DNA from: a virus
Length of the DNA stretch: 64,000 bases
IMG/VR virus record: IMGVR_UViG_3300033153_010139
Span: 55,267 to 119,266 of that record
Reading direction: 5' to 3' (one strand)
Shown here one piece after another: positions 53,890 to 63,501 of this stretch. Numbering within the stretch: the first letter of the stretch is position 1; every line of letters begins with the position of its first letter. The position numbers and the translations under genes were made by a program. The notes beneath the pieces are model-generated. The model ran no database searches and was not told where the DNA came from. It was given only the letters and a program-made list of their open reading frames with translations.

Positions 53890-55436
53890 CTGTGGACGAC
53901 ACGACTGAGCCTGCTATGGACAGTACGACTTTAGAGAGAGCGCTGCTCTACGGGGTGCTGCAAGGCGGCGTTGACGCCTACTTCAAGGCGTGCGAGATCG
54001 GAATCACCGCCGAGTTCACCGAGGACAAGGTCACCAAGGAGAAGAAGTACCGGTTCTTCGAGGAGGCCGAGGACGCCGGGGTGTTCGCCTTCTTCAAGCT
54101 GTTCCTTCGCAGAGAGAAGCGGCTGCCGTTGCCGCCGGAGATCAAGGCCGGCACAGGTGTTGCCCTTGTCGTGCCCGAGCAGCCCTACTCGGTTACGGTG
54201 TTCGCCGAGCGGCTGGTCAAGTGCGCGCTCCGTAACGCGATTAGCGAGCGGCTCGGGCGACTTGCCGAGCTGCTGGTCACGGACCCGGAGAAGGCTCGCA
54301 AGGCCATGGCCCAGCTGGTGCGCGACACGGCCTGGAGCTTGGGTCGGATCACGTCCTATACGGACCCGGGCACGGCGAAGGAGCTGCTCGCCGACTACGA
54401 GCGCGCGAAGGCGAGCACGGGCGAGCTGATGGGTCTCAGTTCGCCGTGGCTGGAGGTGGACAGGTACAGCCTCGGGCTCCAGCCGGGCGAGCTGACCGTG
54501 CTGCTGGCGAAGCGCAAAGTCGGTAAGACCTGGCTGCTGCTGGCCTGGTTCATGCACATCTTGCGCAACGATCTGAAGGCCGGCGAGTGCCTGCTGCTCG
54601 TGTCGATGGAGATGCCCAAGAAGCAGATCTACCGACGCATGGCGGCTATCGACATGAAGCTCAACTACGAGGACTTCCGTAGTGGGCGGCTGACCGTGGA
54701 TGAGGAGGCGCGGCTGTCGGCGTGGGCCGAGGAGATGCAGACGCCGGACCCGGATAGGCCGACGATCCACGTCGCCACGGCGGCCGAGGTTCGAGACGTT
54801 GCCGACATCTGCGACAAGGTCGCGGAGCTGAACCCGCGGGCGGTCGGCGTTGACGGTATGTACATCCTGGGTCGCGACCGCCGCATGGGGATGTGGGAGC
54901 GCACGATCCAGAACTGCTCTGAGATCAAGCTCGACCTGTGCGCGGAGATGGACATTGCGGTCCTGGCGACTACACAGCTCAAGGGGACCAAGGACAAGTA
55001 CTCGCTGGAGGCCGACGCTGATGACGCGGCCTACGCCAAGGCGATCGGCGATTGGGCGGACGCCATGCGCGGGCTGTTCATGTCCAAGAACTTCGAGCGC
55101 GACGGCATGCGGATGTTCACCTTCATGGAGAGCCGCGAGTTCCGGGGCATCGACTTCGAGATCTTCTTCAAGCTCACGACCATGAACTTTGGGTTCTCGC
55201 GCGTCGCGGACAAGCCGGCCGAGGAGGGCGAAGGCGAGGGCGAGAAGAAGGAAGACGAAGAAGGCGGCGACGCGAAGCCGCTGATCGACGGCACCGGCGA
55301 CGCCGCCCCGGAGGTGTCCATCGAAGGCGCTGCCGCCGAGGTCCCGGAGGAGGCGCCGGAGGCGGACGAGTCCGACGACGACGACGACGACGACGCCGGA
55401 GAGGATACCGGCGAGGTGGGGGTGGTGACCTTCTAG
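53886..55436 (+). CDS. dnaB: DnaB-like replicative helicase with acidic tail
   Basis: GLQPGELTVLLAKRKVGKT, SMEM, VDG.Y, TTQL. Confidence 0.85.
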   Translation: MTVDDTTEPAMDSTTLERALLYGVLQGGVDAYFKACEIGITAEFTEDKVTKEKKYRFFEEAEDAGVFAFFKLFLRREKRLPLPPEIKAGTGVALVVPEQPYSVTVFAERLVKCALRNAISERLGRLAELLVTDPEKARKAMAQLVRDTAWSLGRITSYTDPGTAKELLADYERAKASTGELMGLSSPWLEVDRYSLGLQPGELTVLLAKRKVGKTWLLLAWFMHILRNDLKAGECLLLVSMEMPKKQIYRRMAAIDMKLNYEDFRSGRLTVDEEARLSAWAEEMQTPDPDRPTIHVATAAEVRDVADICDKVAELNPRAVGVDGMYILGRDRRMGMWERTIQNCSEIKLDLCAEMDIAVLATTQLKGTKDKYSLEADADDAAYAKAIGDWADAMRGLFMSKNFERDGMRMFTFMESREFRGIDFEIFFKLTTMNFGFSRVADKPAEEGEGEGEKKEDEEGGDAKPLIDGTGDAAPEVSIEGAAAEVPEEAPEADESDDDDDDDAGEDTGEVGVVTF

Positions 55437-56542
55437 TGGACGAGTCGGGTGTGGCTGACGTTTGCGATCACCTCGGACTGAGGCGGGGCAGGCCGTACAC
55501 CAACAGGCACGGGCAGCAGCAGATGATGATCGGCTGCCCGCTCGCGCCATGGCACCACGATGACCCGACGGACCGCAACAAGAGCTGCTCGGTGCTGCTC
55601 GTCCCAGATGGCCCAAGCTACGCCAGGTGCTTCTCGCTCGCGTGCGACTACAAGGGGAGCTTCTTCCGTCTGGTCCAGAAGGTCGTCATCAGCCACAAGA
55701 ACGCGCCGCCGGATCTGATTGAACTGCTCAAGTGGGTGGCGAAGGTTGACGAGGACACGATCGAGAAGCGCATCGGCCGTGTGCAGGTGAAGGTCGAGGC
55801 GGACAAGCAGGCGTGGCACCATGTCGAGGGCGCTCGCGCCGGGAACAGGCTGCACGAGCGCGACGTGCTCGACGAGTCTGTATTCGCGCCGTTCTCTGGG
55901 AAGTTGCCGCCCTACGCTGTGAACACGCGCGGCATCTCGATCAAGGCGGCGAAGGCGTGGAAGCTCGGTCACGACGTTGAGCGCGGGCGGCTCGTGTTCA
56001 CCGTGCGGCGCAGCGATGGCAAGCTGGTCGGGCTGACGGGGCGAATCCTTCCGACCGTGGAGGCCCGGCTACGGAACCAGGGCTACGAGCCGACGAAGTA
56101 CCACAACTACTCGGGGCTCGACAAAGGGCGCTACCTCTACGGGACGCACACCTGGTCGAAGGGGCTGCCGGTCGTCCTGGTCGAGGGGCCGATCGATGCC
56201 GTGCGCACGTGGCAAGCGCTGCACCCGCGCGCGAACATCGGCGCGACGCTCGGCGAAGGCTTCTCACAGGAGCACAGGCGGACGATCAACTCGGCCTGGC
56301 CGGAGGAGGTCTACCTGTTCCCGGATGGCGATGTCGCCGGTCGGCGCATGGCCGAGAAGCTCCATCACATCCTGAAGGGGTTCCGCGTGATCAGGCTCAT
56401 GCGCTGCCCTGTGCGTTACGTTGAGGACGACGAGACCGGCGAGTTGCACGAAGTGGCGAGCGACCCCGGCGAGATGACGAACGAGGAAATCGTGCACGCG
56501 TTCGAGACCGCGGACGTGATCCTGCACAAGATCAGGTGGTAG
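55436..56542 (+). CDS. DNA primase (Zn-binding + TOPRIM)
   Basis: CP...H.D...C...C; LVEGPIDA; PDGDVAG. Confidence 0.85.
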   Translation: MDESGVADVCDHLGLRRGRPYTNRHGQQQMMIGCPLAPWHHDDPTDRNKSCSVLLVPDGPSYARCFSLACDYKGSFFRLVQKVVISHKNAPPDLIELLKWVAKVDEDTIEKRIGRVQVKVEADKQAWHHVEGARAGNRLHERDVLDESVFAPFSGKLPPYAVNTRGISIKAAKAWKLGHDVERGRLVFTVRRSDGKLVGLTGRILPTVEARLRNQGYEPTKYHNYSGLDKGRYLYGTHTWSKGLPVVLVEGPIDAVRTWQALHPRANIGATLGEGFSQEHRRTINSAWPEEVYLFPDGDVAGRRMAEKLHHILKGFRVIRLMRCPVRYVEDDETGELHEVASDPGEMTNEEIVHAFETADVILHKIRW

Positions 56543-56559
56543 AAGTGGCAGGAGCGACG

Positions 56560-57837
56560 ATGACGAAGAAGACGAGGCCCACCGCGCACGAGGTGATCGC
56601 GCGGCTCGGCGCTGCTGCGGTGACCTCTACATCGGTGCCGCCGAAACCGGCTGTCGCTGCGCCCAAGGCCAAGGCCGAGCCTAAGCCTAAGCTCGGGGCG
56701 GTGCCGCCGCTGCCGACGGCCGGGTTGGGCGACTTCCTGGTCGCCGGCGCGAACATTGTAGTCGCGCCCGATGTCGCGGAGCGCGCCGTCGAGCGCGCCG
56801 TGGCGAGCGGAGAGATCCTCACCTTTGCCGAGCTGGGGTGTGACGAGACCGGGATGGCCGGCGAGGCGATGCTCGTGCACCCCGCCTTTGTGCGTGCCGC
56901 GGCGCGGCGAGGCTTCGCGTTCTACGCGGGGCCGAGCGGTCGTGTGCGGCGATTCTCTCTCGCGTCCGATGGGCAGGCGCCGGTTGCAGCGCCGAAGGCC
57001 GCCAGCGTCGAGGGCGCGTTCTATCTGAAGCCGGCTTGGTTTGACGACCTGGCCGACTTCGTGGAGCGCGGCGAGACGGTGCTGTTGATCGGGCCAGCTG
57101 GCGCCGGCAAGTCCGAGTCCGTGGAGCGGCTGTTTGCCGAGCGCGGGCAGCAGCTCCGCATCGTGCCCTGCCACCAGCGCATGACGGCGAATGACCTGGA
57201 AGGCGGGATCGATTTGGTTGTCGAGGATGGGCACCAGGTCACCCGCTTCACGCCCGCCGACCCGGCAACAGCCTCGACGGAGGGGCACGGGCTGCTGCTC
57301 GACGAGGCGGACGCGGCGCCGGCCGAGGCCATGTACGCGGTCTACCGGTTGATCGACGGCAAGCCGATGCACATCCTGCGTAAAGGCTTGGACGCGGTGA
57401 TCCCGCGCGACGACGCCTTCCGGGTGGTTGGCACGCAGAACACCGAGGGCCGTGGCGATGACCGCGGGCTGCACCATGGGAGGAGCTACCAGGACGAGGC
57501 GTTCCTGGACCGGTGGCAGAACACGATCCGCGTGGACTACCCGAAGAAGGCCGATGAGGTGCTGATCCTGCGCAAGCGGTGCGGGATCTCCGGCGTTCAG
57601 GCCGAGCGGATTGTGGACGCTGCCTCCTCGTTCCGCAATGCGCTCAAGCACGACGAGATCCAGCTGGTCTGCTCGCTCAGGCGTACGCTGTCGGTCGCCG
57701 GCAACATCGCGGCTGGCAGGAGCCCGGCGGCGAGCTGGGGGTTCGCGGTGCTCAACCGGGCGACGCGCGAGGATGCGGACAAGCTCCCGGAGACGCTGCA
57801 TAGGATCTACGGCGACAAGTGGCGAAAGACGTCGTGA
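56560..57837 (+). CDS. CobS/CbbQ-like AAA+ ATPase
   Basis: GPAGAGKS, LLDEAD, TQNT.GRG, AFLDRW. Confidence 0.85.
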   Translation: MTKKTRPTAHEVIARLGAAAVTSTSVPPKPAVAAPKAKAEPKPKLGAVPPLPTAGLGDFLVAGANIVVAPDVAERAVERAVASGEILTFAELGCDETGMAGEAMLVHPAFVRAAARRGFAFYAGPSGRVRRFSLASDGQAPVAAPKAASVEGAFYLKPAWFDDLADFVERGETVLLIGPAGAGKSESVERLFAERGQQLRIVPCHQRMTANDLEGGIDLVVEDGHQVTRFTPADPATASTEGHGLLLDEADAAPAEAMYAVYRLIDGKPMHILRKGLDAVIPRDDAFRVVGTQNTEGRGDDRGLHHGRSYQDEAFLDRWQNTIRVDYPKKADEVLILRKRCGISGVQAERIVDAASSFRNALKHDEIQLVCSLRRTLSVAGNIAAGRSPAASWGFAVLNRATREDADKLPETLHRIYGDKWRKTS

Positions 57838-58130
57838 AGCGGTTTCGGGCCAGCGTCCACTTCGTGGACAACACCTATTGGGACGATGGGAACCGCTACA
57901 CCAGGCGCTACCACGAGTTCGCGACGCTTGCCGGGGCTGTCGAGTTCCGGCGGAAGACGTTGAAGGCGAAATGGTACGAGGCCACGAGCTACGAGACCGG
58001 CGAGACGGACAAGTTCTTCCTGCACGACGAAAGCCACGTCCATCTCGATCGACTGGACGGGGATGGCAAGTGGCAGCGGATCAAGAGCCCGGACGTCATC
58101 ACGCTGCTGGGCGGGGTCGCTGATGATTGA
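57819..58130 (+). CDS. Hypothetical protein with tag variant (DVITLLGGVA)
   Basis: 103 aa between the AAA and VWA genes. Confidence 0.6.
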   Translation: MAKDVVKRFRASVHFVDNTYWDDGNRYTRRYHEFATLAGAVEFRRKTLKAKWYEATSYETGETDKFFLHDESHVHLDRLDGDGKWQRIKSPDVITLLGGVADD

Positions 58131-58341
58131 CGGCGTGCGGGCGAACGAGTTTTCGGCGCCTCTCGACTCTGACGACTGCGATCACGGGAGCTGGGTGCGC
58201 ATTGTCGGCGAGTCGTGGAACGAGGGCATGGTCAAGATCGTCTGCGCGGGGTGCGGCTGGGCGCCGCTTCGCCCCTTCCCTGAGCGCGAGCGGCGTGACG
58301 CGGTGACCCGGCTTGCGGCTGTTGCAGGTACCGGTGATTGA
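58123..58341 (+). CDS. Small Zn-finger protein with C-terminal tag (DAVTRLAAVA)
   Basis: CDH...CAGCG. Confidence 0.55.
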   Translation: MIDGVRANEFSAPLDSDDCDHGSWVRIVGESWNEGMVKIVCAGCGWAPLRPFPERERRDAVTRLAAVAGTGD

Positions 58342-60055
58342 CCGTCGGGCGCTGATGAACGCGCAGCAGTCGGTGGTTGCCGGGCTGCTCGACGAGGAGA
58401 TCACCGTCGTCTTCGATGCCGAGACGCCGCACGCCGATCTGCGCGGCCGGGTGATGCACGCTCGCCCATTGCCGGAGGACGTTTCCGAGGAGGATCTCCT
58501 GCACCTGCGCGCGGACACCGATCACGAGATGGGCCACTTCGCGTGGTCGGACCCGGACGTGTTGGCGCGGTCCGCGAAGCGCCCGCTGTTGGCGTTGGCG
58601 CACAACGCTGTCGAGGACGGCTTCATCGAGCGCAAGCTGTCCGAGCGCTGGCTCGGCGTCGCGCAGACGCTCGCCAAGTCGAACGACAAGGTGTCGGCCG
58701 AGATCAAGGCGGCTGCCAAGAACACGCCCAGGAGCCGTCAAGAGCGCCTGCTGCACGCGCTGCAGTTCCTGGCGTTGGGCGAGACCGGCAAGCAGGTCTG
58801 CGACCGCCTTGGCGATGACATCGCGGACGGCGTCGCCGAGATCGCCGACCTGCTGCCGGCGCTGGCCGCTGTGGACGGCTCGGAGTCGGCCCTGCAGGCC
58901 GCGCGCGCCGTCCTGGCGCGCTGGCAGTGGGGTAGCAAGTCGCGCGGCAAGAGCAAGAAGAAGAAAGGGAAGGGGAAGGACAAGGACAAGAAGGGCAGCG
59001 CTGCCCCAGAGCAGGCGAGGGATGAGAAGTACCGCGAGCGCGAGGATCGCGTGGCCAAGCGGATCAAGAAGCGCGCGTCGGTTTCGGACGCGCGCAAGAA
59101 GCTCATCCGCGAGATGAAGTTCGAGGGCGCCGTTACCTACAACCCGCGCACGGACGCCGACGTCGTGGAGCGGCTGGTGGTCAAGCGCAAGGTGCGGGAG
59201 GCTGCGCCGGCGTTCCTGCGCTCCGTGCGTGCCGTGGCCGCGCCGCTGCGGCGCAGGCTCCTGATGGAGTTCCGAGGTCTCGGGCAGCGTACTGAGCACG
59301 CGCACGCGTCCGGTGATCTGGACCGTAGTGTCCTGCACCAGGTGGCGCTCGGCAGCACGAACGTCTTCACACGCGAGATCCCGACGACCGTCGTCGATGC
59401 CGACGTGACCCTTCTGGTGGACGTGTCCGGTTCGATGACGAGCTATCACGACGACGTGCCGCGCATCTTCACGGCCGCGCAGGCCGCAGCCGCGTTCAGC
59501 CTGGTGCTCGACGCGCTGCGTATTCCGCACGAGTGCCTGGCGTTCACGACGGCCACGAAGGTTTCGACGGCGGCGCAGGCGAGCTTCTACGACGGCACCT
59601 ACCAGCGCGTGCGCCCGCTTCGGCACCTGATCGTGAAGTCGGCCGACCAGTCGTTCCGCCAGGCGCTTCCCAACTTCGTGGCGCTGGCGTGCTTCCGCGG
59701 GTGTTCGGAGAACGTGGACGGCGAGGCGGTGCTCTGGGCTGCGCAGCGGTTGGCCAGCCGCTCCAGGGCCGGCCGTAGGCCGTTCCTGTTCGCCTTTTCC
59801 GACGGCGAGCCCGCGAGCGTGCCCGAGCGCAGCCGGCTGCTCGAATGGCACCTCAAGCGCGCATTGGCGCGGGTCGAGAAGGCCGGGATCACGGTGCTCG
59901 GCGTCGGGATCGCCACCGATTCGGTGGCGCAATTCTACGAGCGCCACCTCGTGATTGACGAGCTAACGGACCTAGTTGGAACTAGTTACAACCTGATCCG
60001 GCAAGCGCTGCGATCTTCCACGAAAACCCCGTCAAGAGTCAGAGGGGCGGGGTAG
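58334..60055 (+). CDS. CobT-like VWA-domain protein
   Basis: HEMGH, N.VED..IE, DVSGSM, ENVDGEA, SDGEP, GVGI. Confidence 0.85.
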   Translation: MIDRRALMNAQQSVVAGLLDEEITVVFDAETPHADLRGRVMHARPLPEDVSEEDLLHLRADTDHEMGHFAWSDPDVLARSAKRPLLALAHNAVEDGFIERKLSERWLGVAQTLAKSNDKVSAEIKAAAKNTPRSRQERLLHALQFLALGETGKQVCDRLGDDIADGVAEIADLLPALAAVDGSESALQAARAVLARWQWGSKSRGKSKKKKGKGKDKDKKGSAAPEQARDEKYREREDRVAKRIKKRASVSDARKKLIREMKFEGAVTYNPRTDADVVERLVVKRKVREAAPAFLRSVRAVAAPLRRRLLMEFRGLGQRTEHAHASGDLDRSVLHQVALGSTNVFTREIPTTVVDADVTLLVDVSGSMTSYHDDVPRIFTAAQAAAAFSLVLDALRIPHECLAFTTATKVSTAAQASFYDGTYQRVRPLRHLIVKSADQSFRQALPNFVALACFRGCSENVDGEAVLWAAQRLASRSRAGRRPFLFAFSDGEPASVPERSRLLEWHLKRALARVEKAGITVLGVGIATDSVAQFYERHLVIDELTDLVGTSYNLIRQALRSSTKTPSRVRGAG

Positions 60056-60102
60056 AACAACCGCACGGCAGTCAAGGACGATGCCGAGCAAAGGAAGTCT
60101 AC

Positions 60103-60915
60103 ATGGGTTCTTCAGACGGTTTTTCGGGTGACGGCGGCGCACCTCCCCCTCCCGGGAGTGGCGGCGGATACACAAAGAACGACGCGATGTATGGTTTCGA
60201 CGAGACCATCACGAAGGAAGTGAAGGGCGAGACCAAGAGCTATCCCAGGCGGGTGAAGCTCTGGTACCTTCCGCCCGGCGCCAAGGACAAGCCGTGCACG
60301 GTGCTCGATCGCAAGGGCGACCGCTACACGGTCCTGGTCCACGAGTTCGTCGGTCCCGACGGCAAGACCAAGCCCAAGTGCATGGTCCGCTGCATTGCCA
60401 AGAAGGAGCTGGAGAAGGGCTGCCCCATCTGTGAGGCGCTCGGACAGGAAGGTCGCTGGTTCTGGGCCCTTACGGGCATCGATGGCAGCAAGTTCACGCC
60501 CGACAAGGGCCAGAACAAGGGCAACGTCTACACCAACTTCCGTCGCCTGATCCTGATCACCAGCCAGCACTACGAGTACATGCGCGACATCGAGGGCAAG
60601 GGCGACGAGGGCTGGCGCGGGCGCCGCTTCGACGTGAGCCGCGACGTGGACACCAAGTCCCCGAAGATCGGGAACCTCTGGTACCCCAACGCCAAGAAGG
60701 GCATCGTCACTGACGAGGAGATGCTGAGCGAGTTCGAGGAGGCCGCGGGCACCTACGGGCTGCCGGCCGAGCGGTTCTCCGAGCCCTTCGATTACGATCG
60801 GGTCCTGAAGGCCCCGACCTTCGAGGAGGCGCAGAAGATCGCAGCGGCGATCAAGGGCACCACGGCGGACGGCGTCACGGTTCCCGAGGGCGATCAGCAG
60901 TCCATCAGCTTCTGA
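60103..60915 (+). CDS. Putative single-stranded DNA-binding protein (gp32-like)
   Basis: H...C...CPICE zinc site; acidic tail ending in F; replication context. Confidence 0.6.
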   Translation: MGSSDGFSGDGGAPPPPGSGGGYTKNDAMYGFDETITKEVKGETKSYPRRVKLWYLPPGAKDKPCTVLDRKGDRYTVLVHEFVGPDGKTKPKCMVRCIAKKELEKGCPICEALGQEGRWFWALTGIDGSKFTPDKGQNKGNVYTNFRRLILITSQHYEYMRDIEGKGDEGWRGRRFDVSRDVDTKSPKIGNLWYPNAKKGIVTDEEMLSEFEEAAGTYGLPAERFSEPFDYDRVLKAPTFEEAQKIAAAIKGTTADGVTVPEGDQQSISF

Positions 60916-60928
60916 GACCAGGTGCTGC

Positions 60929-61519
60929 GTGAAGCCTCACACGATGGCCGAACGCGCCAAGTTCTACGCGGATGGTGTGCCTGGTAAGAAGTGGCCGGCG
61001 TCGGTCCCAACTGTTGGGGCCGACGGTCGGTTGCAGGCCGTCTGGCTTCTCGGTAACGACTACCGGAACAAGACGCCCTACCATGGGGCATTCCCCCCGA
61101 ATTACTTGACGCGAGTCACTGCGCTGTTCCCGGACGCTGAGCGGGTGCTGCACCTGTTCTCCGGCTCGATGCCGGCCGGCGCCTACACGCGCTTCGATCT
61201 TCGCGACGACGTGACCTGCGAGGTGCGCGGCGACGCGCACCAGCTGGCGTCGTACTTCCCAGACCGGACCTTCGACATCATCTACGCGGATCCGCCCTAT
61301 ACCGGCGAGGACGCCGCCGCCTACGGGACTCCTATGGTCAATCGGAACACCATAGTCCGCGAGGTCTACAAGATCCTGGAGCCGGGCGGCTATCTCGTCT
61401 GGCTCGACATGGTCCTCCCGATGTACCGCAAGGTCGAGCTGGAGATGGCTGGCATCATCGGCATCGTCCGTTCAACAAACCACCGCTTCAGGTGCGTGAC
61501 GATCTTCAGGAGGCTGTGA
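60929..61519 (+). CDS. Small adenine-type methyltransferase
   Basis: LHLFSG, DIIYADPPY, LEPGG. Confidence 0.75.
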   Translation: MKPHTMAERAKFYADGVPGKKWPASVPTVGADGRLQAVWLLGNDYRNKTPYHGAFPPNYLTRVTALFPDAERVLHLFSGSMPAGAYTRFDLRDDVTCEVRGDAHQLASYFPDRTFDIIYADPPYTGEDAAAYGTPMVNRNTIVREVYKILEPGGYLVWLDMVLPMYRKVELEMAGIIGIVRSTNHRFRCVTIFRRL

Positions 61520-61521
61520 AG

Positions 61522-62805
61522 ATGAGTAATATCACGAATACCGGTGGCGGGCCTGAGCCGGCCGTGCCCGAGGTTGCGATCACCTTCTCCTATTTCATGA
61601 GGGTCGAGCTGATCTACGTGTTCGGGTTCAAGAGCGATAACCCCGCGCTTACCGATTGGGCGGCGACGGATCGTTTCGTCCATGCCAGCAAGGACGTCAG
61701 GGCCGCGGGGTACGGTGAGCTGCACGACGACCGGGTCTACTCGGAACCACCGGAGGAGGAGCGCAACAAGGTCCGCAAGACCTATCTGTGGCCGCTGTGG
61801 GACGTCGGTGACGAGGGCAGCAAGGTGTGCATCCCGATGCCGCGCTGGACGGCGCCGGACCAGGTGCTGAAAGCGAGCGCGGAGGATGCGGCGCGCATCG
61901 TTCTTGAAGCAAAGCCGGATGCTGACGTGGCCGCTGTTCTGGAGGCCATCAGCGACGGCAGGTTCGCGCCGTGCATGAAGCCGCGCGCCACTATGCCAAT
62001 GAAGAAGTGGTACATATTCAACAACCTCCAAATGCGGATGTGGCGACTCAAGCTCCTGGACTACGGAATTGCCCCGAAGTTTGATCGCGCCGCTCCCTAT
62101 ACCATCGACACGGCTGCGTGGTGGATGGACAAGCCGCTCCCGCTTCTGACCGGAAAGGAGGCCGACGATCCGGCGCTCAACCAGTTGATCGCCAAGACCG
62201 GCCGCGAGGTGTCCGGTCGCGATCGGGTGTCTCTTGCCCCTATCCCGGAAGATGGGGTCAGGCCGGGGGCAGAGGCGAAGGCCGAGCCGGAACCCGAGTC
62301 TGAGCCTGCGCCCGAGCCTGTGCCCGAGCCTGTGCCTGAGCCTGCGCCCGAGCCTGTGCCCGAGCCTGTGCCTGAGCCTGTGCCCGAGGGTCTGGCGGCC
62401 GACATGACGGCCGAGGAGCGGGCCGAGTTCTTGGCCGGTCTGACAGCTGAGGAGCGGGACAAGTTCGTGGCCGTCTACAGGGACGAGAACGATCAGCTGG
62501 TCGCCGAGGCTGACCGGACCGCGCGAGCGAAGAAAGCCGCCGAAGCCGCCGAAGCCGCCGAAGCCCAGCGCAAGGAGGCTAGGGTGGCGACGCTGTTTGC
62601 GCTGGCCCGCGGGCTGGCGAGAGCCGACTACGATGCCGAGATCGACGACTCTCCTGAAGCACAGGCGCGCCGTGTTGCTATGGAGGACAAGCACGCTGCG
62701 CGTTCCGAGGCCCGCGATTTGCGGAAGGAGAAGGCCCAGGGTCGGGCGGCGCGTTCCCTGGCAAGCGCGGGAATCGGACCACAATCAACCACCAGCAGCA
62801 AATAA
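61522..62805 (+). CDS. Hypothetical protein with EP-repeat linker
   Basis: GGAGG RBS before ATG 61522. Confidence 0.65.
   Translation: MSNITNTGGGPEPAVPEVAITFSYFMRVELIYVFGFKSDNPALTDWAATDRFVHASKDVRAAGYGELHDDRVYSEPPEEERNKVRKTYLWPLWDVGDEGSKVCIPMPRWTAPDQVLKASAEDAARIVLEAKPDADVAAVLEAISDGRFAPCMKPRATMPMKKWYIFNNLQMRMWRLKLLDYGIAPKFDRAAPYTIDTAAWWMDKPLPLLTGKEADDPALNQLIAKTGREVSGRDRVSLAPIPEDGVRPGAEAKAEPEPESEPAPEPVPEPVPEPAPEPVPEPVPEPVPEGLAADMTAEERAEFLAGLTAEERDKFVAVYRDENDQLVAEADRTARAKKAAEAAEAAEAQRKEARVATLFALARGLARADYDAEIDDSPEAQARRVAMEDKHAARSEARDLRKEKAQGRAARSLASAGIGPQSTTSSK
62284..62388 (+). repeat. 12-bp tandem repeat encoding (EPVP/EPAP)n
   Basis: GAGCCTGYGCCY units. Confidence 0.85.
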
Positions 62806-62817
62806 GGAGGGGGTTTT

Positions 62818-63498
62818 ATGCCACCGAGCGCTGCGATTGCTACGAAGGACGCTTTACACAGGACCAAAGGCTACGCCCGAGTGGAGCAGGAGTTCTACTC
62901 GGGCCAGGCCAAGTCTCGCGAGGGTCGCTACATACAGGCCAAGGCGATCAGCGACCTGTATGACCTGGTTCCGCACTGGCCGGATGTGCGCGTACGAGGT
63001 GTCATGCGCGACTGGAACGGCGGCGCCGCGCCGGGGACCTTGGACACGTGGTCGCTGATGGGCGACCTCTACAAGAAGTACCCGAAGCAGGCTTTCTGGA
63101 TGGCGCTGGCGTGGGGTACGCTCTCGCAGCTCGGTACGGTACGGCCGAGGAACAGGCAGGCCGTCATGGATCACGTCTGCGGTGTTCGGAAAAAGGCCAT
63201 GGGCGGCAGGTGCAAGGAGCCCAGCGGCCACGTCGAGAGGGGCTCGGTTCGCGAATTTCTGGCGGACATCCCGGATCCGGCGGCCGACCGGCTCGCCTAT
63301 AGCGGTCGCGACGGCGGCGCGAAGGGGCAGTACCGGAAGCTGCAGTCCAAGACGATCTCATCGCTCGGTGCCGGGCTTGACGAGCAGTTCGAGAACGGCG
63401 CTAAGGAGCTGCTCCTCGATACCGTACCGCCGGACGTGCGGGAGCATCTGATTGACGAGTACGGTTGGAAGCCGGCCAAGAAGGCCAAGGCCGGCTAG
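62818..63498 (+). CDS. Hypothetical protein
   Basis: AAGGAGG RBS. Confidence 0.65.
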   Translation: MPPSAAIATKDALHRTKGYARVEQEFYSGQAKSREGRYIQAKAISDLYDLVPHWPDVRVRGVMRDWNGGAAPGTLDTWSLMGDLYKKYPKQAFWMALAWGTLSQLGTVRPRNRQAVMDHVCGVRKKAMGGRCKEPSGHVERGSVREFLADIPDPAADRLAYSGRDGGAKGQYRKLQSKTISSLGAGLDEQFENGAKELLLDTVPPDVREHLIDEYGWKPAKKAKAG

Positions 63499-63501
63499 GG
63501 C

